Shown here one piece after another: positions 52,108-64,000 of a stretch of 64,000 bases of DNA. Under the pieces are notes generated by a model. The model saw nothing but the letters and a program-made list of their open reading frames with translations. It was not told where the DNA came from and did no database searches. The translations under genes were made by a program, and so were the position numbers. How positions within the stretch are numbered: the stretch's first letter is position 1; every line of letters starts with the position of its first letter. Source of the DNA: Camelus dromedarius (Eukaryota); assembly GCF_036321535.1 (NCBI RefSeq), contig NC_087436.1, forward strand, positions 19,160,001-19,224,000. The letters run 5' to 3'.

Positions 52108-53720
52108 TGGGACTTTGCTCTTTGGCCAAAATGGAATAACAGGGAAAAGATTTACCCTCCTGTCTTAAAAACAAACAAGGAAACAAACAAAACATGGAAG
52201 ATAAAAGTGCAGAAATTGGACAACACACAGCACAAGACAGTGATCCCTGAGAAAAGGGAAGCAAATGAGCTGAACTGTGTAATTTTCCCAGCGTCCTGCC
52301 TGGAGGGAGTTGCCGGGCTATAACACAAGGAGGGGAGCCAGGGCGGAGCCCAGCAGACTCCCTGAGTTAAGGAGACTGAATAAGAAGTTCAGGGAGACCC
52401 AGGTGGCAAGAGTTCAGAGCAAAGAGTACTATAAAGGAAAGAGCTGCAGAAGGAGAGAGAGAGCGAGAGAGGGAAAGAGAGAGGTGTGCAGAGTCATCTG
52501 CATACTGATCAGTTATGTGCATGTAAAGAAACTACTGAAGGCTAGGAAAAGTACCACCCAGTAGACTCTGGCAGATCAATAACCTAATCTCAAACCGAGC
52601 TGGGAGGAGTTTGTGCTTCCACCAGCCAGAATGGAAAAAACCTCATAAAACATGGGACATCAGGTGGAGAACTCAAAAGGGCATTGCCTCAATAGTAGAG
52701 AAAAATAAGCTGTAAATGAAAGGCTACTTTGGTCCCACCTACCCAAGTTTAAAAACAAGTACCAAGAGACTCATATTGTTTCTAAGTAGCTTATCTGAAT
52801 CCTAGAACAAAACACAAGAATATTTATAGGTATGAAAAATACCTAGCACCCAGCAAGGTAAAATGCACAATATTGGGCATCCAAATAAAATGACACAGAC
52901 ATGCCAAGAAGCAGGGAGAAATAACTCATAATGAAGAGAAAATACATAAATAGAAACTGAACCAGAAATGCAGCAGATGATAGTATTAGCAGACCTGGTT
53001 ATAAAAAGGTTAAGACTACATTCCATATATTCAAAGATGTAGTGGAAAGATTAAACGTATGGAATCAGGAAAGATATGTTAAAAAGCCAAATTGAACTTC
53101 TAGAAGTAAGGAATAAAATATCCAAGATGGAAAAAAAAAAAACAACTTGGATGGGATTAGCCACAGATTTAGATAAAACAAAGGAGAAGATGAGTTTGGA
53201 GATATAGCAATAGAAACTATCCAGGATGAAGCACAGAGGTAAAAGATGCTGAAAAGAAAAGAACAGAGCATGTCAGAGAAGCATGGGTCAACTTCAAGAA
53301 GCCTAATATGTGAGTAATTTGGAGATCCTAAAGGAAGGAAAAGAGAGCACTGAAAAAAAATTTAACAAACAATGAATGAATGATTTTCTTTCTGAACTTG
53401 ATGAAAACGATAAACCCAGAGATCCAAGAACCTCCACGAACCCTAAGCAAAAGAAATACGGAAGTTAAACCAATATGGTTAAACCAAAATGGTTCAATAA
53501 AAGAGAATTCTTGATTGCTCTCCTCCAGACAGAAGGAACATGAATCTAGACAGAAATCTAGAATTTCTACAAAGAATGAAGAGCATGGAAATGAGAAATG
53601 TGTCAGTAAAAATAAAATATTTTTCTTTTTTAAATTGCTTGAAAAAAATAATCAGCTACTGAAAGCAAAAGTAATGACAAAGTATTGTGGAGTTTATAAC
53701 AAATGTTGAGTTAAATGTAA
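52108..53720 (+). mobile_element. Ancient L1 5' region and decayed ORF1, with an internal deletion at about 53462-53520
   Basis: L1M-type 5' text 'gactttgctctttggccaaaatggaataacaggg...tttaccctcctg'; ORF1 remnants 'ggatgggattagccacagattt...gatatagcaatagaaactatcc...aaacccagagatccaagaacctccacgaacccta'. Confidence 0.75.
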
Positions 53721-55034
53721 ATTAAACAGGAAATCTGGTTCTATACAAGTACCTTCAGTTTCAGCCAGGCAGACAGCTGTCAAGTTGGGGACCACAATAG
53801 CTCAATATTTGGACTGAACTTCTTAGTGCTTACCCCATCAATCTCTTTTGGGGGAAGCCCCTGTTTTTGAAGCTATATTCTCTTTGCTTAGTGGTTGGGT
53901 CTCTTTAAAGGGGATTTATTTTGATTTCCATCTTTTTTCTTGGATTGTAAAAACAATCTGGTTTAGGATGAGTGATCCATTTTTACCCCGAGCATCTTTT
54001 GGTCCCAGATCATCCCAGCCTCCGCAAAACAGCCTCTGCTGTAGGCTTTGTGGGTTTTGATAGCTTCCTTACTATCTGGTATGAACGTTGTTTCAGATTT
54101 ACAATATACGTCTTTGACTTCACATCTGAAATCAGCCTCTTCTCCAAGGAGCACTAACAAAAGTAAATTTTGAAAAAGCGAAAGCAGTCTCTAAAAATAT
54201 AAAAATAAAAACTAATGATCCTAAATGTGTATCCAGTTGGTGACATAATCACACAGAAAGAAAATATCCCAAGTAGCTTTAAAACAGAGAAATTGGACTG
54301 TGTGTCTCTAGGTGGCTAAATCCTAAAAAATGCAGCCCTCCCCTGCAGAAAAGTTAAACTGTTTTCAGTAGTCATGTTATTGGTGTTGATGTTGGTTTTA
54401 TTATTGTGAGAATGTTTGCATGTGACGTAAGATACATCAAATAGATACTTATTTCATATAGTAAGTCTTTTATTCCCAGCATCCTTGTGAACTGGGATTT
54501 TCAATGTTACCCTAGTTTCCTCATTTGTAAAATCAGTGTAGGGAGGTGGTTAAACTATATGATCTCTGAGTTTCTCTTTGGTTCTTTAAATCTATGATTT
54601 GTAGATTTCTCAGAAAATACTTACGCTTTTAAAATTCACTTTGCTCTAATTAAATTTAAGGAAATCCTGGAAAAGATTGCCAAAGAGATGCCAAAAGAAT
54701 TAGTATGGGTTTCTAAAGCATCATGTCCTCAATATGATTTGCAATAAACCCCACATAACTCCTTTACATTGTTTTTGCCATAATACTACAAGTATATCAA
54801 CATATAGTGAGGAGGGGGAAAGAAGAAATAAAGATTTATCAGAAGAATCATTACATAATCTGAAACCCAATTACTTCAAAGTTCCCTAGTCATACTCTAC
54901 AGTAATGCTCCTGTAAGGCTTTTTAGACAGACAAACTGAAGTACAGAATTAAGGTAAATTCAAAAGAGACAAGGCTATGAATTTGGAAAACGCATATTTC
55001 AGTGATGGGCAGTCTTCTTTGACCAAATTCACCA

Positions 55035-55210
55035 GATAGTGTGTAGTGAGGAGTCTGAGCTTTGAAGTCAGACAGTCTCTTTGTTTGAATCCCAGTTGTT
55101 TCACTTCATAGCTGGTGGACCTGGGTGACTTTACCTGTTACCTCAGCTATAAAGGAAGATGACAATCCTATTCGTCAAGCTTGCCCTGAAGGTCCAGTGA
55201 CATAATGCAT
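55035..55210 (+). mobile_element. MIR SINE
   Basis: 'gtgtagtgaggagtctgagctttgaagtcagacag...tttgaatcccag...cacttcatagctg'. Confidence 0.7.
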
Positions 55211-55211
55211 C

Positions 55212-55785
55212 TGTGTGGAAAACCCTGTTGGTTGCCTCCCCAGTGGCCACTGCCTAAATTCTTTCCTGCTAAAAGAACCCTGACTGTTCTCCCTCCTAAA
55301 GCCTCTATGTCCTTGCCAGAAGGTTAGGCCCTTCTCCATCCCCAGGGATTGAGTATTTACTAATATAAGCCAGCCATTCTGACCTCACTATACTTGCCAA
55401 GTGATAGCTTTCAGGAGGATATGTGACACAATTATAATTAATGATATAAGAGAAAATCTGAGGAATTCCTAGGAAGGTTTTCTTCATTCTTAAAAAGGGG
55501 TCCAAATAAGAAGATCCCCTTTTTCCTGACTTTTAAATGTTGATGTGTGAATATGTGATGCCTGGAGCTGCCGTACCCAGCATGTGACTAAGATATCAAA
55601 ATGACAAGGACGGTAGTGGGAAAGCAGAGGAGGAATCTAGATCCTTAATGACATCCTTACATGCTAAATTATCTAAGCCTAGAATTCCACCACCACATTT
55701 TTATGTGACATAAATTTGTCTATTTCTTAAGCCCCTTTTAGCTGGGTTTTTTGTTACTTGCAGCTAAAAGCACTCTAACAATAAA
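55212..55785 (+). mobile_element. MaLR solo LTR (MLT1-type)
   Basis: 'atgtgacacaatt...ggaaggttttct...tgtgatgcctggagctgc...ttaagcccct...ttgttacttgcagctaaaagcactctaac'. Confidence 0.75.
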
Positions 55786-55929
55786 ATGCAAAGTAGTACT
55801 GACACATTATCATAGCATAAGTAGCAGCTGTGGTTGTGGTCACAGCCCCAGCAGCTGCCGCAGTGCCTGGCAAGGAATAGTGCTCGAGGAATGCCTGAAC
55901 TGGGACTATTTGTTGAAAAACCTACTTTT

Positions 55930-56170
55930 AATTTTTTAACTGTAAAACATTTAATTTTTTAAATTGAAGTACAATCGATTTACAATATGTTAATTTCTGG
56001 TGCACAGCATAATGATTCAGTTATATATATATGTATTCCTTTTTCATATTCTTTTTCATTATAGGCCATTACAAAATATTGAATATAGATCCCTGTGCTG
56101 TACAGTAGGACCTTGTTGTTTATCGTTTTATAGATAGCAGTGTGTATCTGCAAATCCTGAACTCCCAACG
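55930..56170 (-). mobile_element. 5'-truncated LINE-1 3' end with TSD
   Basis: Reverse L1 3'UTR; TSD cctactttt at 55921-29 and 56171-79. Confidence 0.85.
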
Positions 56171-56799
56171 CCTACTTTTTATTAAATTCAGTTTCCAAGC
56201 ACTAGGCAATATCTCAGAATCTGACCTTTCTGAATTTTAAAAATGCCCCGTGTTCTAAATTTATTTACCCCTCCACCCAAATTAATGTCTTTCCTAATTA
56301 GGACACCTATTTTTCAGAGGATCAAAGTTGTGAATATTGTCAGGAAGAAATCAGTCTGATTGAATTGATTCACAACTTACTATGAAAAACTGGAAGTGCT
56401 TTAACCTATTCAGAGCAACTAGGATTTTTTAAATGTTGGAAGATTACCTTTTGTCAGAACTTAGTTGTAATATATCATGTAATGGAAATCACTCAGGTAG
56501 GGTGGGGCAAGCTAATTATGAATAACTGAGGCCAATATGTGGACTGGTCTTCCAAAGTCTTAGAATTTGCCCTAAATTCAACTTCTCTAACCTATTCTGA
56601 ATTTCAAAGCTTTCCTTTCCTCATATATAAATCCGTGGCTTTAAAAAAAAAAATGCTTATTAGAATTTTTAAATGACAAGTCACTCTCCCCTTAAGGAAT
56701 CTGGTGAAAGTTAATGTCTCTCTCTCCTTTCCTGAAAAACATAAAATTACTGCATGTAATTTTCAGAAGGTTCAGTAACCACTGCTGAACGGAGTAGTT

Positions 56800-57200
56800 T
56801 CGACAAGTGCTTGCCAGTGTCTTATTCTGTACTCTCCTGGGCACATGGCAGAGGGCATTTCTCAGCCGTTGGCAACGAGGCAGGGCTCTATGACTGGTTC
56901 TGGCCAATGAGCAAAAGTTACTTCCAGGCGAAAGCAAAGCAGAGCCCATCTGAGATAGTGCAGCTGATTCTCTACCTACTGCAGTGATCACGGAGAAGAA
57001 GCCTTTTTAAAAATCACAGAGCCACAAGATTGAAGCAGCCCGGATCACTGCGTCGCTACACATAGAATATTTGTCCTGGAAAGCCATTCATATCTGCAGC
57101 AGACTTTGTGTGAACACAGAATAATCCTTTATTGTGGTGAACCCCACTGAGAGTTTCACAGTTGTTTGTTACCATGGCTTAATTTAGCCAGCCCTGACTC
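56800..57200 (+). mobile_element. MaLR solo LTR (MLT1-type)
   Basis: 'ctcctgggcacatggc...atgactggttctggccaatgag...gagccacaagattgaagcagcccggatc...ccactgaga...gttgtttgttaccatggc...agccagccctgact'. Confidence 0.75.
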
Positions 57201-58140
57201 CACCAGCTTCGGGATTCTTCGTGGCGGCTCCCTAGTTAGCAGCGGTGGGAACTCCAGTGGGAGAGCTGGGATAGCCGTTTCTCTGTGTGACTATTTATGA
57301 ATTATGTGTTCATAGGTTGTAGGTCTGCCTGTAATTTTTTCGGGGCAGAGATCCTTTAAAATTCTTTGTGTCTCACTTCCATTCCCAGTCACAGAAAACA
57401 AGTTTGATAAGACAAATGGGGAATAAAACATTAAAATGTATTCTTTATATACTCTTATGTCAAAAAAAAAACCTTAAGAACATTTTTTCTGCATCTTTTC
57501 TGCTAATCTCATTTAAATCATGATAGATTAACAAAATGTGCTTCTCATAAATTTCAAGAAAGAGCTTAGAGAATTCAATGGCTTCTGTAACTGATAAGAA
57601 AATAAAATAATTCCAAAGATGAAATATGCTGAAAAAAAAAAGACAAATCAATACTTAATTATAGCCAAATTTTTAAATAAAAAAGATCACAGAACTTGAG
57701 CCTTAATTTTAAATCTCCTCATTCAAATACAGTTTCCCCATCTTTATATATTTTCTGTAAGTGACAAGTTTGCTTCCCTAGGAGCCAAGTATTTCTTCAG
57801 AAAACTAATGCTCACTTCATTGGGAAATAATAATGTAGCTCTAGATCCCTCGGGTTGAAAGATCTTTTTTTTTCTTTTCTTTTTCTTTTTTTTCCCCCTC
57901 TGAGAGCCTCCTTCTCTATCTGCTGCCTTGGTTCAATAAAAGAGAATTCTTGATTGCTCAGACAAAAACTATACTTCTTTTAGATTCTGCTCACAGTTCG
58001 TGGTAGCTGATGGTGTGACCAGTTTTAACTTTCCAATGTACACTGAACTCACTACTCCTAAGAAAAATGTAGCTGGGTTTCTCTAATCTTGTTGTATTAC
58101 AACTTTGTCTTTAATTGCTAGTTTGAAAAGCTTATGAAAA

Positions 58141-58167
58141 GTTGGTTGGTTGGTTGGTTGGTTGGTT
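58141..58167 (+). repeat. (TTGG)n microsatellite
   Basis: Seen directly. Confidence 0.9.
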
Positions 58168-60035
58168 AGACCAAAGTAAAACCAGAGTAAAGGCTGGAGC
58201 TGTATCAGTGGGAGGGGAGGGTTTGACATTCTAGGAGGATCCTATTGTCCCCCGTTTTTGTGTTTGTCTGATTCCCAGAGAGGGGTCTTACCTCTGCTTC
58301 AGTCTGTGTCCCTTTACTTGTGGAATGGGTCCCAAATACTGTGTCCGTTTAGCTAAACACTTTCTACCATTGCTAGAATTGAGAGGCAAAAAGACTCTCT
58401 TCTAAGTGTATTTAATCCTTCTTTGGTCAGGCTCTATTGGGACAATTCCATATGATTTCTTCTGAAAAAGAAGTTAACAGTAACATTTAAAACATGAACA
58501 CATGGAAGGCTCAGATTTTGCAGGATTCTATTTTTTTTCAAAAGTTTCCCTTAATTGGGGCATTGTGTGGGAGTGTTTAGTTCTATTTACCTCTCACCTT
58601 GCTATTTTCATTATTATGAATTTTTTTTGGATCACAACATCAGTCAAAAATGATATTCCCCAGTCCCCAAATATACTTTTCTTTAAATTCTTTTACTCTG
58701 TCCTCTCTGTATTTTTAACTTCTAGACATGACTGAACGTTTCTATAATCTAGGTTCTTTAGCATAATTAATAGAAAAATAAATAATCTTCATGATGAATA
58801 TTCTTTTAGAAATTAGAAATCATTTATAATGCCTTATTATGATGATGGACTTGGCGAACAATCCCTGGATATATATTTCACTTCTCATGGATGATGCCTG
58901 CCTCTCGGGGATGGGTACAATGTGCTCAGTATGAGACATATTGACCAAGAGTCTAATCAGATGAAATGCTAGCATATTTCTTAATTTTAATGACAGTTTA
59001 TCCTGACTGGTGTCTTGACCATCCTGAAGTGAATCCTCAAAAACACTACAAATGCACCTGAATACATATACTTTCTGAATCATCTGAACTACTGTAGCAA
59101 AAAAGAAAATAACTATTAAATGCAATATTTATTACCCATAACTCTTTTAACCCAATAACATACTTGGGTTTTTTTTTTTCATCTTTTCATTGCCTTCTAA
59201 ATCTTCAATCCAAAATCTGAGCCAAATAGATGTTCTTTCGTCATGCCCTAAATATAAACAAAGTAGGACTTTGTCAAACCAATAGGGAAAATGAAAGTTA
59301 GCTCACTTAGGTGCTGTGCCTCTAAAGGAATGCATTTATTGACTTCTGACATGGAATCAGGCACCCAAATGAGAAAAAAAAAAAACCAGTTAATTTTAGC
59401 GTTTAGTGAGACAAGTCTGATTTCTCTGAATAAAGACTATACAGTTCATTGTATCAGCAGCTAGTGAAGTATATTTTGCACTCTTATTAAAGGAAGTTTA
59501 GCTTAACACCTTCAAAGATCTTCTAGTTTTGCTCATCATGTATGCTCCTGGGAAAAGATACATGCTTTTCCTCAAGTCTCCACATATTGTTAACTTGGAT
59601 ATTAAAATAACAGTGAAGAAATATGAAATAAAATGAAGTTTCAAATCAATAATCAAGAAGAAGATTAATGAGAAAAACCAGGAGAATCTGGGTCAAAATG
59701 ACCATCATAAAATTTTGGGGTTAATATTTTTACTATTCAGGTTTGTTTGGCCCAAGTTTTCATCACCACCCACTAATGGGATTATGAAAAGGAGAAAATC
59801 AACCATAAATTTAGGAGGAAGCTATTATGTGCCCCCTTCAGGTTATTAATTAAAATTGAAAACTAAATTAATAAAAATTTAAAACTCATTGTATTGAATA
59901 CAACATCAGCAAAAGAAACAATATTTTTTCATAAAAATCTTAGTAGGGACCGATGAACAAAATGATAATATGATTTTATCATAGGAATACTCCCTAAAAT
60001 ATTGATGTTCAAATAAATATTTATACATATTTATA

Positions 60036-60053
60036 ATCTATCTATCTATTTAC

Positions 60054-60097
<44 letters not shown>

Positions 60098-60113
60098 TTA
60101 TCTATCTGTCTAT
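60036..60113 (+). repeat. (TATC)n tetranucleotide microsatellite
   Basis: Seen directly; interrupted at both ends. Confidence 0.95.
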
Positions 60114-61029
60114 GAGAGAGACAGAGTATTCTCAATTGAGTGAATTCACTTGCGCACTCACTTTCTTCCAGGGCTTTACATTGTAATCTTGTTTGAAGAT
60201 GTATATGATGAAATGTCAATAGAGTATATTCCTTCATAATTTGATTGGCAGGAAACAGGGAACAAAACAATGCATGCAGAGCCTTTTTAATAATTTATAA
60301 TTACTTACATGAATCTACTAAGTTTAGGCACACAATTATATGACTAATTATGTTGAAAATCCAAGTGGATGCTTAAATAGATGACCATGCCCTGAGGCCT
60401 TTCCAGTTGTTTCTGCTGTCTCATTTAACCATGCAAATGTTATTAAGCATTTCCTGGCTAAAAATTTTCAAGCATATGCAAGTGTAATTGCATAGATAAT
60501 TATGCATAATACTGTCACTTTTTATATCTAACATAGGATTTTCCTTTTAAAAAAAATAACAGCTTTCTACTGGTAGCTGGCTCAGTACATGCCAAGAAAA
60601 ATAGAATTTGTAAAAGATACATAGATCAAAACCAATCTATTGCTTTCTCTTTAGGAGTTTTATTGACTCTTTTTAGCACAGCAATTTAAAGGGAAACAAA
60701 GAAAGATTAAGCCATAGACTAAAATTAAAGCAAATTTTAAATACCTATAATTAAAACAATCTCTATTCGTAAATGGATCCAATTGAAAGTGTGTAATTCA
60801 ATAACTATTTTTAGATCTACATAAATATTTATACAAACTTGATAACAGGGGGTACAAAAGAACTAACTGCTCTGCTGTACAAATAGACATGTATATGGCA
60901 AGTCTTCCAGATTTGCAGATACTAAGGCTAGTTTATATAACAGCAAAAAAAAAAGTTCAGAAAAGGAAATTAACAAGCACACACACATTGGGAGGTTAAT
61001 TTCTTGTCATGAGCATATTAAGGAAGCTG

Positions 61030-61320
61030 TACAATATAGAATCCTGCCTGATGCCATGCCTTGCCTGGCTGGATTCTGCACAGTCCTTAACAAGTCACAG
61101 GTCCTGATGCAAAGTTTGGCATGTGTGCAGCTGAGTGGTGGAGACTGGCTTACACAACTCTGCCCAGTTGCAAGGGAAGCTGGGAAAGTGAGTATCTTCA
61201 CACAGCTTTCCAATTACCAGAGTGAGAACAAGTCCCAATTTTTCACTTAAGTTTGTAAGTTAGAGAATTTCTTAAGCATGGAAACAGAGGTTTAGATGCT
61301 GGGAGGGAACCACCAGAAAT
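61030..61320 (-). mobile_element. Probable MaLR (MLT1) LTR fragment
   Basis: 'gcccagttgcaagggaagctgggaaagtgagtatct' is typical of MLT1 in reverse orientation. Confidence 0.5.
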
Positions 61321-61324
61321 AGCT

Positions 61325-61740
61325 GAGTGCTATGAAGGAAAAATAAAGTGGAATAAGAGGACAGAATGTGGTTGGGTATGGGGAGGGCTATTTTAAATAG
61401 AAGATTCAGAGAAGTCTTTCAAAAGAGGCATGGTTTGCAGAGGATCCTGATCTGAAATGGTGACTCAAGTTGTGACTATCTAGGAGGGTGGGGAGAGGAC
61501 ATCCAGGTAAAGCCAGGCTTGTCTGGCTAACAACAAAAACAATATAGTGGGAACAAATTGAATGAGTAGGAGAACAGGAAGAATTGAGGTTCCTGTTTTA
61601 ATTTAAACCTTTCAGACCATAGTGATGACTTTGGATTTTATTCCAGTTGTGATGAAAATCTGTCATCAAGTTCTGAGAATAGGACTCTGGTTGACTTTTC
61701 GGAAAGATCACTTTGGCTGCTGAGTGAAGAATAGGGTAAA
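61325..61740 (-). mobile_element. LINE-2 fragment
   Basis: 'gtgctatgaaggaaaaataaag...ctattttaaatag...gactttggattttattcc...gaaagatcactttggctgctgagtgaagaatag'. Confidence 0.7.
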
Positions 61741-61741
61741 G

Positions 61742-62180
61742 CAGTGGCTGTTTGACGAAAATTTACCTACAGTGAGAAATACAGTTTACCTTGTGACGTA
61801 GAATTCACAATTGAGTCAAGAGTTTGACAAAACTGTACTTACTACATGTGATGCACTCTGGTATTTTTCTAGTGTAGTCTCGTCTACTTCATTTTTAGTG
61901 ATTTTTTTGGCTTGTTTTTATGAGGGGGAGGTAATTAGGTTTATTTATTTATTTATATTTGGAGGAGGTACTGGGGATTGAATCCAGGACTTCATGCATG
62001 CTAAGCATGCACTCTACCACTTAAGCTATACACCCTCCCCCAATTTTTAACAGTTCTTTTAAAAAATTATAAGTAGAAGATTCTTGAGGGAAAAATGACA
62101 TTGACATTAGAATTGTTCATTGTGATTGAAGAAATTCTGTTGCATTTTCTATCTCGATACAAGTATTTGAAGATACCCTG
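61742..62180. mobile_element. Degenerate hAT-Charlie-type DNA transposon interrupted by a SINE
   Basis: 'cagtgg...acagtgagaaataca...tacttactacatgtgatgcactctggtattttt...' ending 'tttgaagataccctg'. Family uncertain. Confidence 0.4.
61900..62040 (-). mobile_element. tRNA-derived camelid SINE (Vic-1 type)
   Basis: 'gggggaggtaattaggtttatttattt...ggaggtactggggattgaatccaggacttcatgcatgctaagcatgcactctaccacttaagctatacaccctcccc' is the reverse complement of the 20705 element. Confidence 0.85.
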
Positions 62181-62207
62181 TATAAACTTAAACTTCACAA
62201 TAAGCCT

Positions 62208-62405
62208 TAGGCTGTTTCTCAAGGGTGCAACTCAAGGACCACTTGCATCAAAAATTACCTGATTAGTGGTGGTGGTGGGAGGGGTTGTTATAAATGCTTA
62301 TGCTAGGGCCTTACCACAGACTTATTGAACTGGAATCTCTAGTGAAGGGACTTGAGAATTTGCTTTCAGCAAGCTCCCCAGGTGATTCTCAGGTGTGAGA
62401 ACTGA
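62208..62405. mobile_element. MER5-type hAT-Charlie MITE
   Basis: 'tttctcaa...gaccacttgcatcaaaattacctg...cagacttattgaactggaatctct...caagctccccaggtgattct...tgagaact'. Confidence 0.75.
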
Positions 62406-64000
62406 TCTTAAATTTTTCTGTATTTTAAGGTGGTAATGCCGGGTTAGCTTTTCCTCATGAGTACGTGATATTTCACTAACGTGTAAACCTATTTAGTGGG
62501 TCTTCAGATAACATTTCTTAGCAATATTGTAAATTCACATATGAAAAATGGAAAGCACTTTAAACCAGTCTATCTCTTCCTTTTGCCTCCTTTAGACATC
62601 TATTTTAAAATCAAATCAAAGTCCTTGAACTCTTCCTTCCTAATTCCAACTCTTATTTGTTACTTCACATCATTTATAAGAAATAATCGTCTTTTTCTCT
62701 GCTCAGTTACCTTTCTTTTTTCCTTCTAAATGTTTTTAAAATTTCACTTCCCCAAGAAGCCTCCCTACCCATCCAACCCAGGTTGAAACATGGCTAAGTA
62801 TCACCTATTCACAGTGCACAGTTCTAAATGGCATATGAGAGCATCATTTTTCAATAGGTTTGCATGTCACTGATTTTTACTAAACGTTATCCTCCACTGT
62901 GGCACGGGGGGTGGGTAGGAATTTTCTCATCATGTCATTCTGTTTTGATACACTCTGGATACAACAGGTTAGATGGTTTCTCTAGAAAAAGGTCTTCAAA
63001 GTATCATTAAAGTATAGGGGAAATCTGTCTTTACTGGGTTCTAAAATGAAACAGGAAACCCGCCAAGCAGCTGTCATAGGGATCACACGCACGCGAAATC
63101 AGGCTTCAATCTGACACATTTGATGTTGGTAAAGAATGGGGCTTGAGACCTGGTGTTATAAAGTCACTCTGTAAAATGTCTTCCAATTTCACATTCACTT
63201 TTGCTGTGGATGGAACAGTGTCTCCCGTATTGGTGGTATCACCATGGCAAAGCCCATCACGGGGACGTTATCTTCATACCTTAGCCAAAGCAAAATGTCC
63301 CGATTTACATGCTGTGCGTCAGAGGAACCCTCTCCCATTGACTCAGCTTCAAAAACAAAAAGGGACAGAATTCTTATGTGTTCGCGGGGAAACATGGGGT
63401 TAAAGTGGACTGCATTTCAGGAAGTGTGCAGTTGACTTGCTCGGTGGTGAGAGGTTGCAGTCCTAGCTAATGACTTGTAGGTAAGGAATCCTCAGTTCTC
63501 TCAGGTGGTTTCAGTCGATCAGTTTCAGCAGAATGATGAAAAGGTTGAGATAAAATAAACTGACAGTTGCTACTCATCGTACGCAGCAAGCTGCACCCAG
63601 GCAGCTGAGACCCTGGGAGCCCTCTTTCTTAAACAAAGGCTTTCACTGCAGTGAGCAATGAACTCCAAATGAAAAAAAAAATGGGGGCAGATTGGCAGCT
63701 GGTGACCGGCAGGAGGAGGGAAAGGAGGGAAACTGGGAAACACAGCAATTGTTGGCTAATTAGAAGCCATTCCCACCTACTTAATACCAACCCATTAAGC
63801 AGAAAAGACTTTTCATCTTTCTCTCCTGCTACACATGACATTATACTCCAATCAATACCCTCCCACTGGCTGCCTCAGTGCCCACAAATGAATACACTGC
63901 AAGTTTAAGAATGCAGTAATTGATTTGGGACACTGAAACTGCAGCTTTCACAGTATATTTTTTGAAGATACTAATGCAATGTTTGTGATGCTTAGATAAA

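Larger units (their letters stand above)
1..64000 (+). other. TTC29: Internal part of the TTC29 transcription unit (three coding exons plus introns; gene continues beyond both window edges)
   Basis: Three phase-compatible exons translate to a TPR-containing peptide I recognise as the C-terminal half of mammalian TTC29. I did not find the preceding or following canonical exons in the window. Confidence 0.88.

Noticed and set aside
53720..54170. Possible processed pseudogene or exon (overlapping ORFs 53848, 53963, 53972)
   Set aside because: No recognisable protein similarity or retrocopy hallmarks. It may be an old repeat that I cannot name.
58829..58893. Short peptide PYYDDGLGEQSLDIYF faintly resembling an alpha/beta-hydrolase N-terminal motif (possible pseudogene)
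   Set aside because: It stops after about 20 codons with no further similarity, splice context or poly-A/TSD. Most likely chance.
1..64000. The many 60-143 aa ORFs in the supplied track as independent genes
   Set aside because: They are short, low-complexity or inside repeats, at a density expected by chance in intron DNA. Only 40324..40560 and 46157..46507 overlap real exons, and both read through into intron.

Overview
This is AT-rich, repeat-rich mammalian genomic DNA, not prokaryotic. Three tRNA-derived Vic-1-type SINEs plus many cetartiodactyl-type L1 3' ends point to a camelid (camel, alpaca or llama). The window is an internal slice of TTC29 (tetratricopeptide repeat domain 29, a sperm-flagellum/cilia TPR protein) on the + strand. 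Three coding exons (28079-28170, 40314-40437, 46112-46340) have canonical AG/GT boundaries and compatible phases (0/2, 2/0, 0/1), and splice into one open frame. Neither the start nor the normal end of the gene is in the window. The rest is intron containing L1, L2, MIR, SINE, MaLR/ERVL LTRs, DNA-transposon fossils (MER44/Tigger7, Kanga/MER104-type, MER20, MER5) and microsatellites. Almost all ORFs in the supplied track are chance or repeat-derived. I found no convincing new multi-gene system. The most interesting observations are: (i) an exact 31-bp copy of distant sequence, plus snap-back repeats, filling a deletion in an old L1 (a templated-insertion repair scar); (ii) a CpG-enriched intronic block with six same-orientation CATCTG E-boxes, and a second E-box/homeobox cluster, both candidate neural enhancers possibly serving the syntenic neighbour POU4F2; (iii) a candidate in-frame stop or alternative last exon at 48076; (iv) a pre-miRNA-sized hairpin; and (v) inverted L1/SINE pairs flanking the exons. 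Repeat family names and boundaries were assigned by eye and are approximate.
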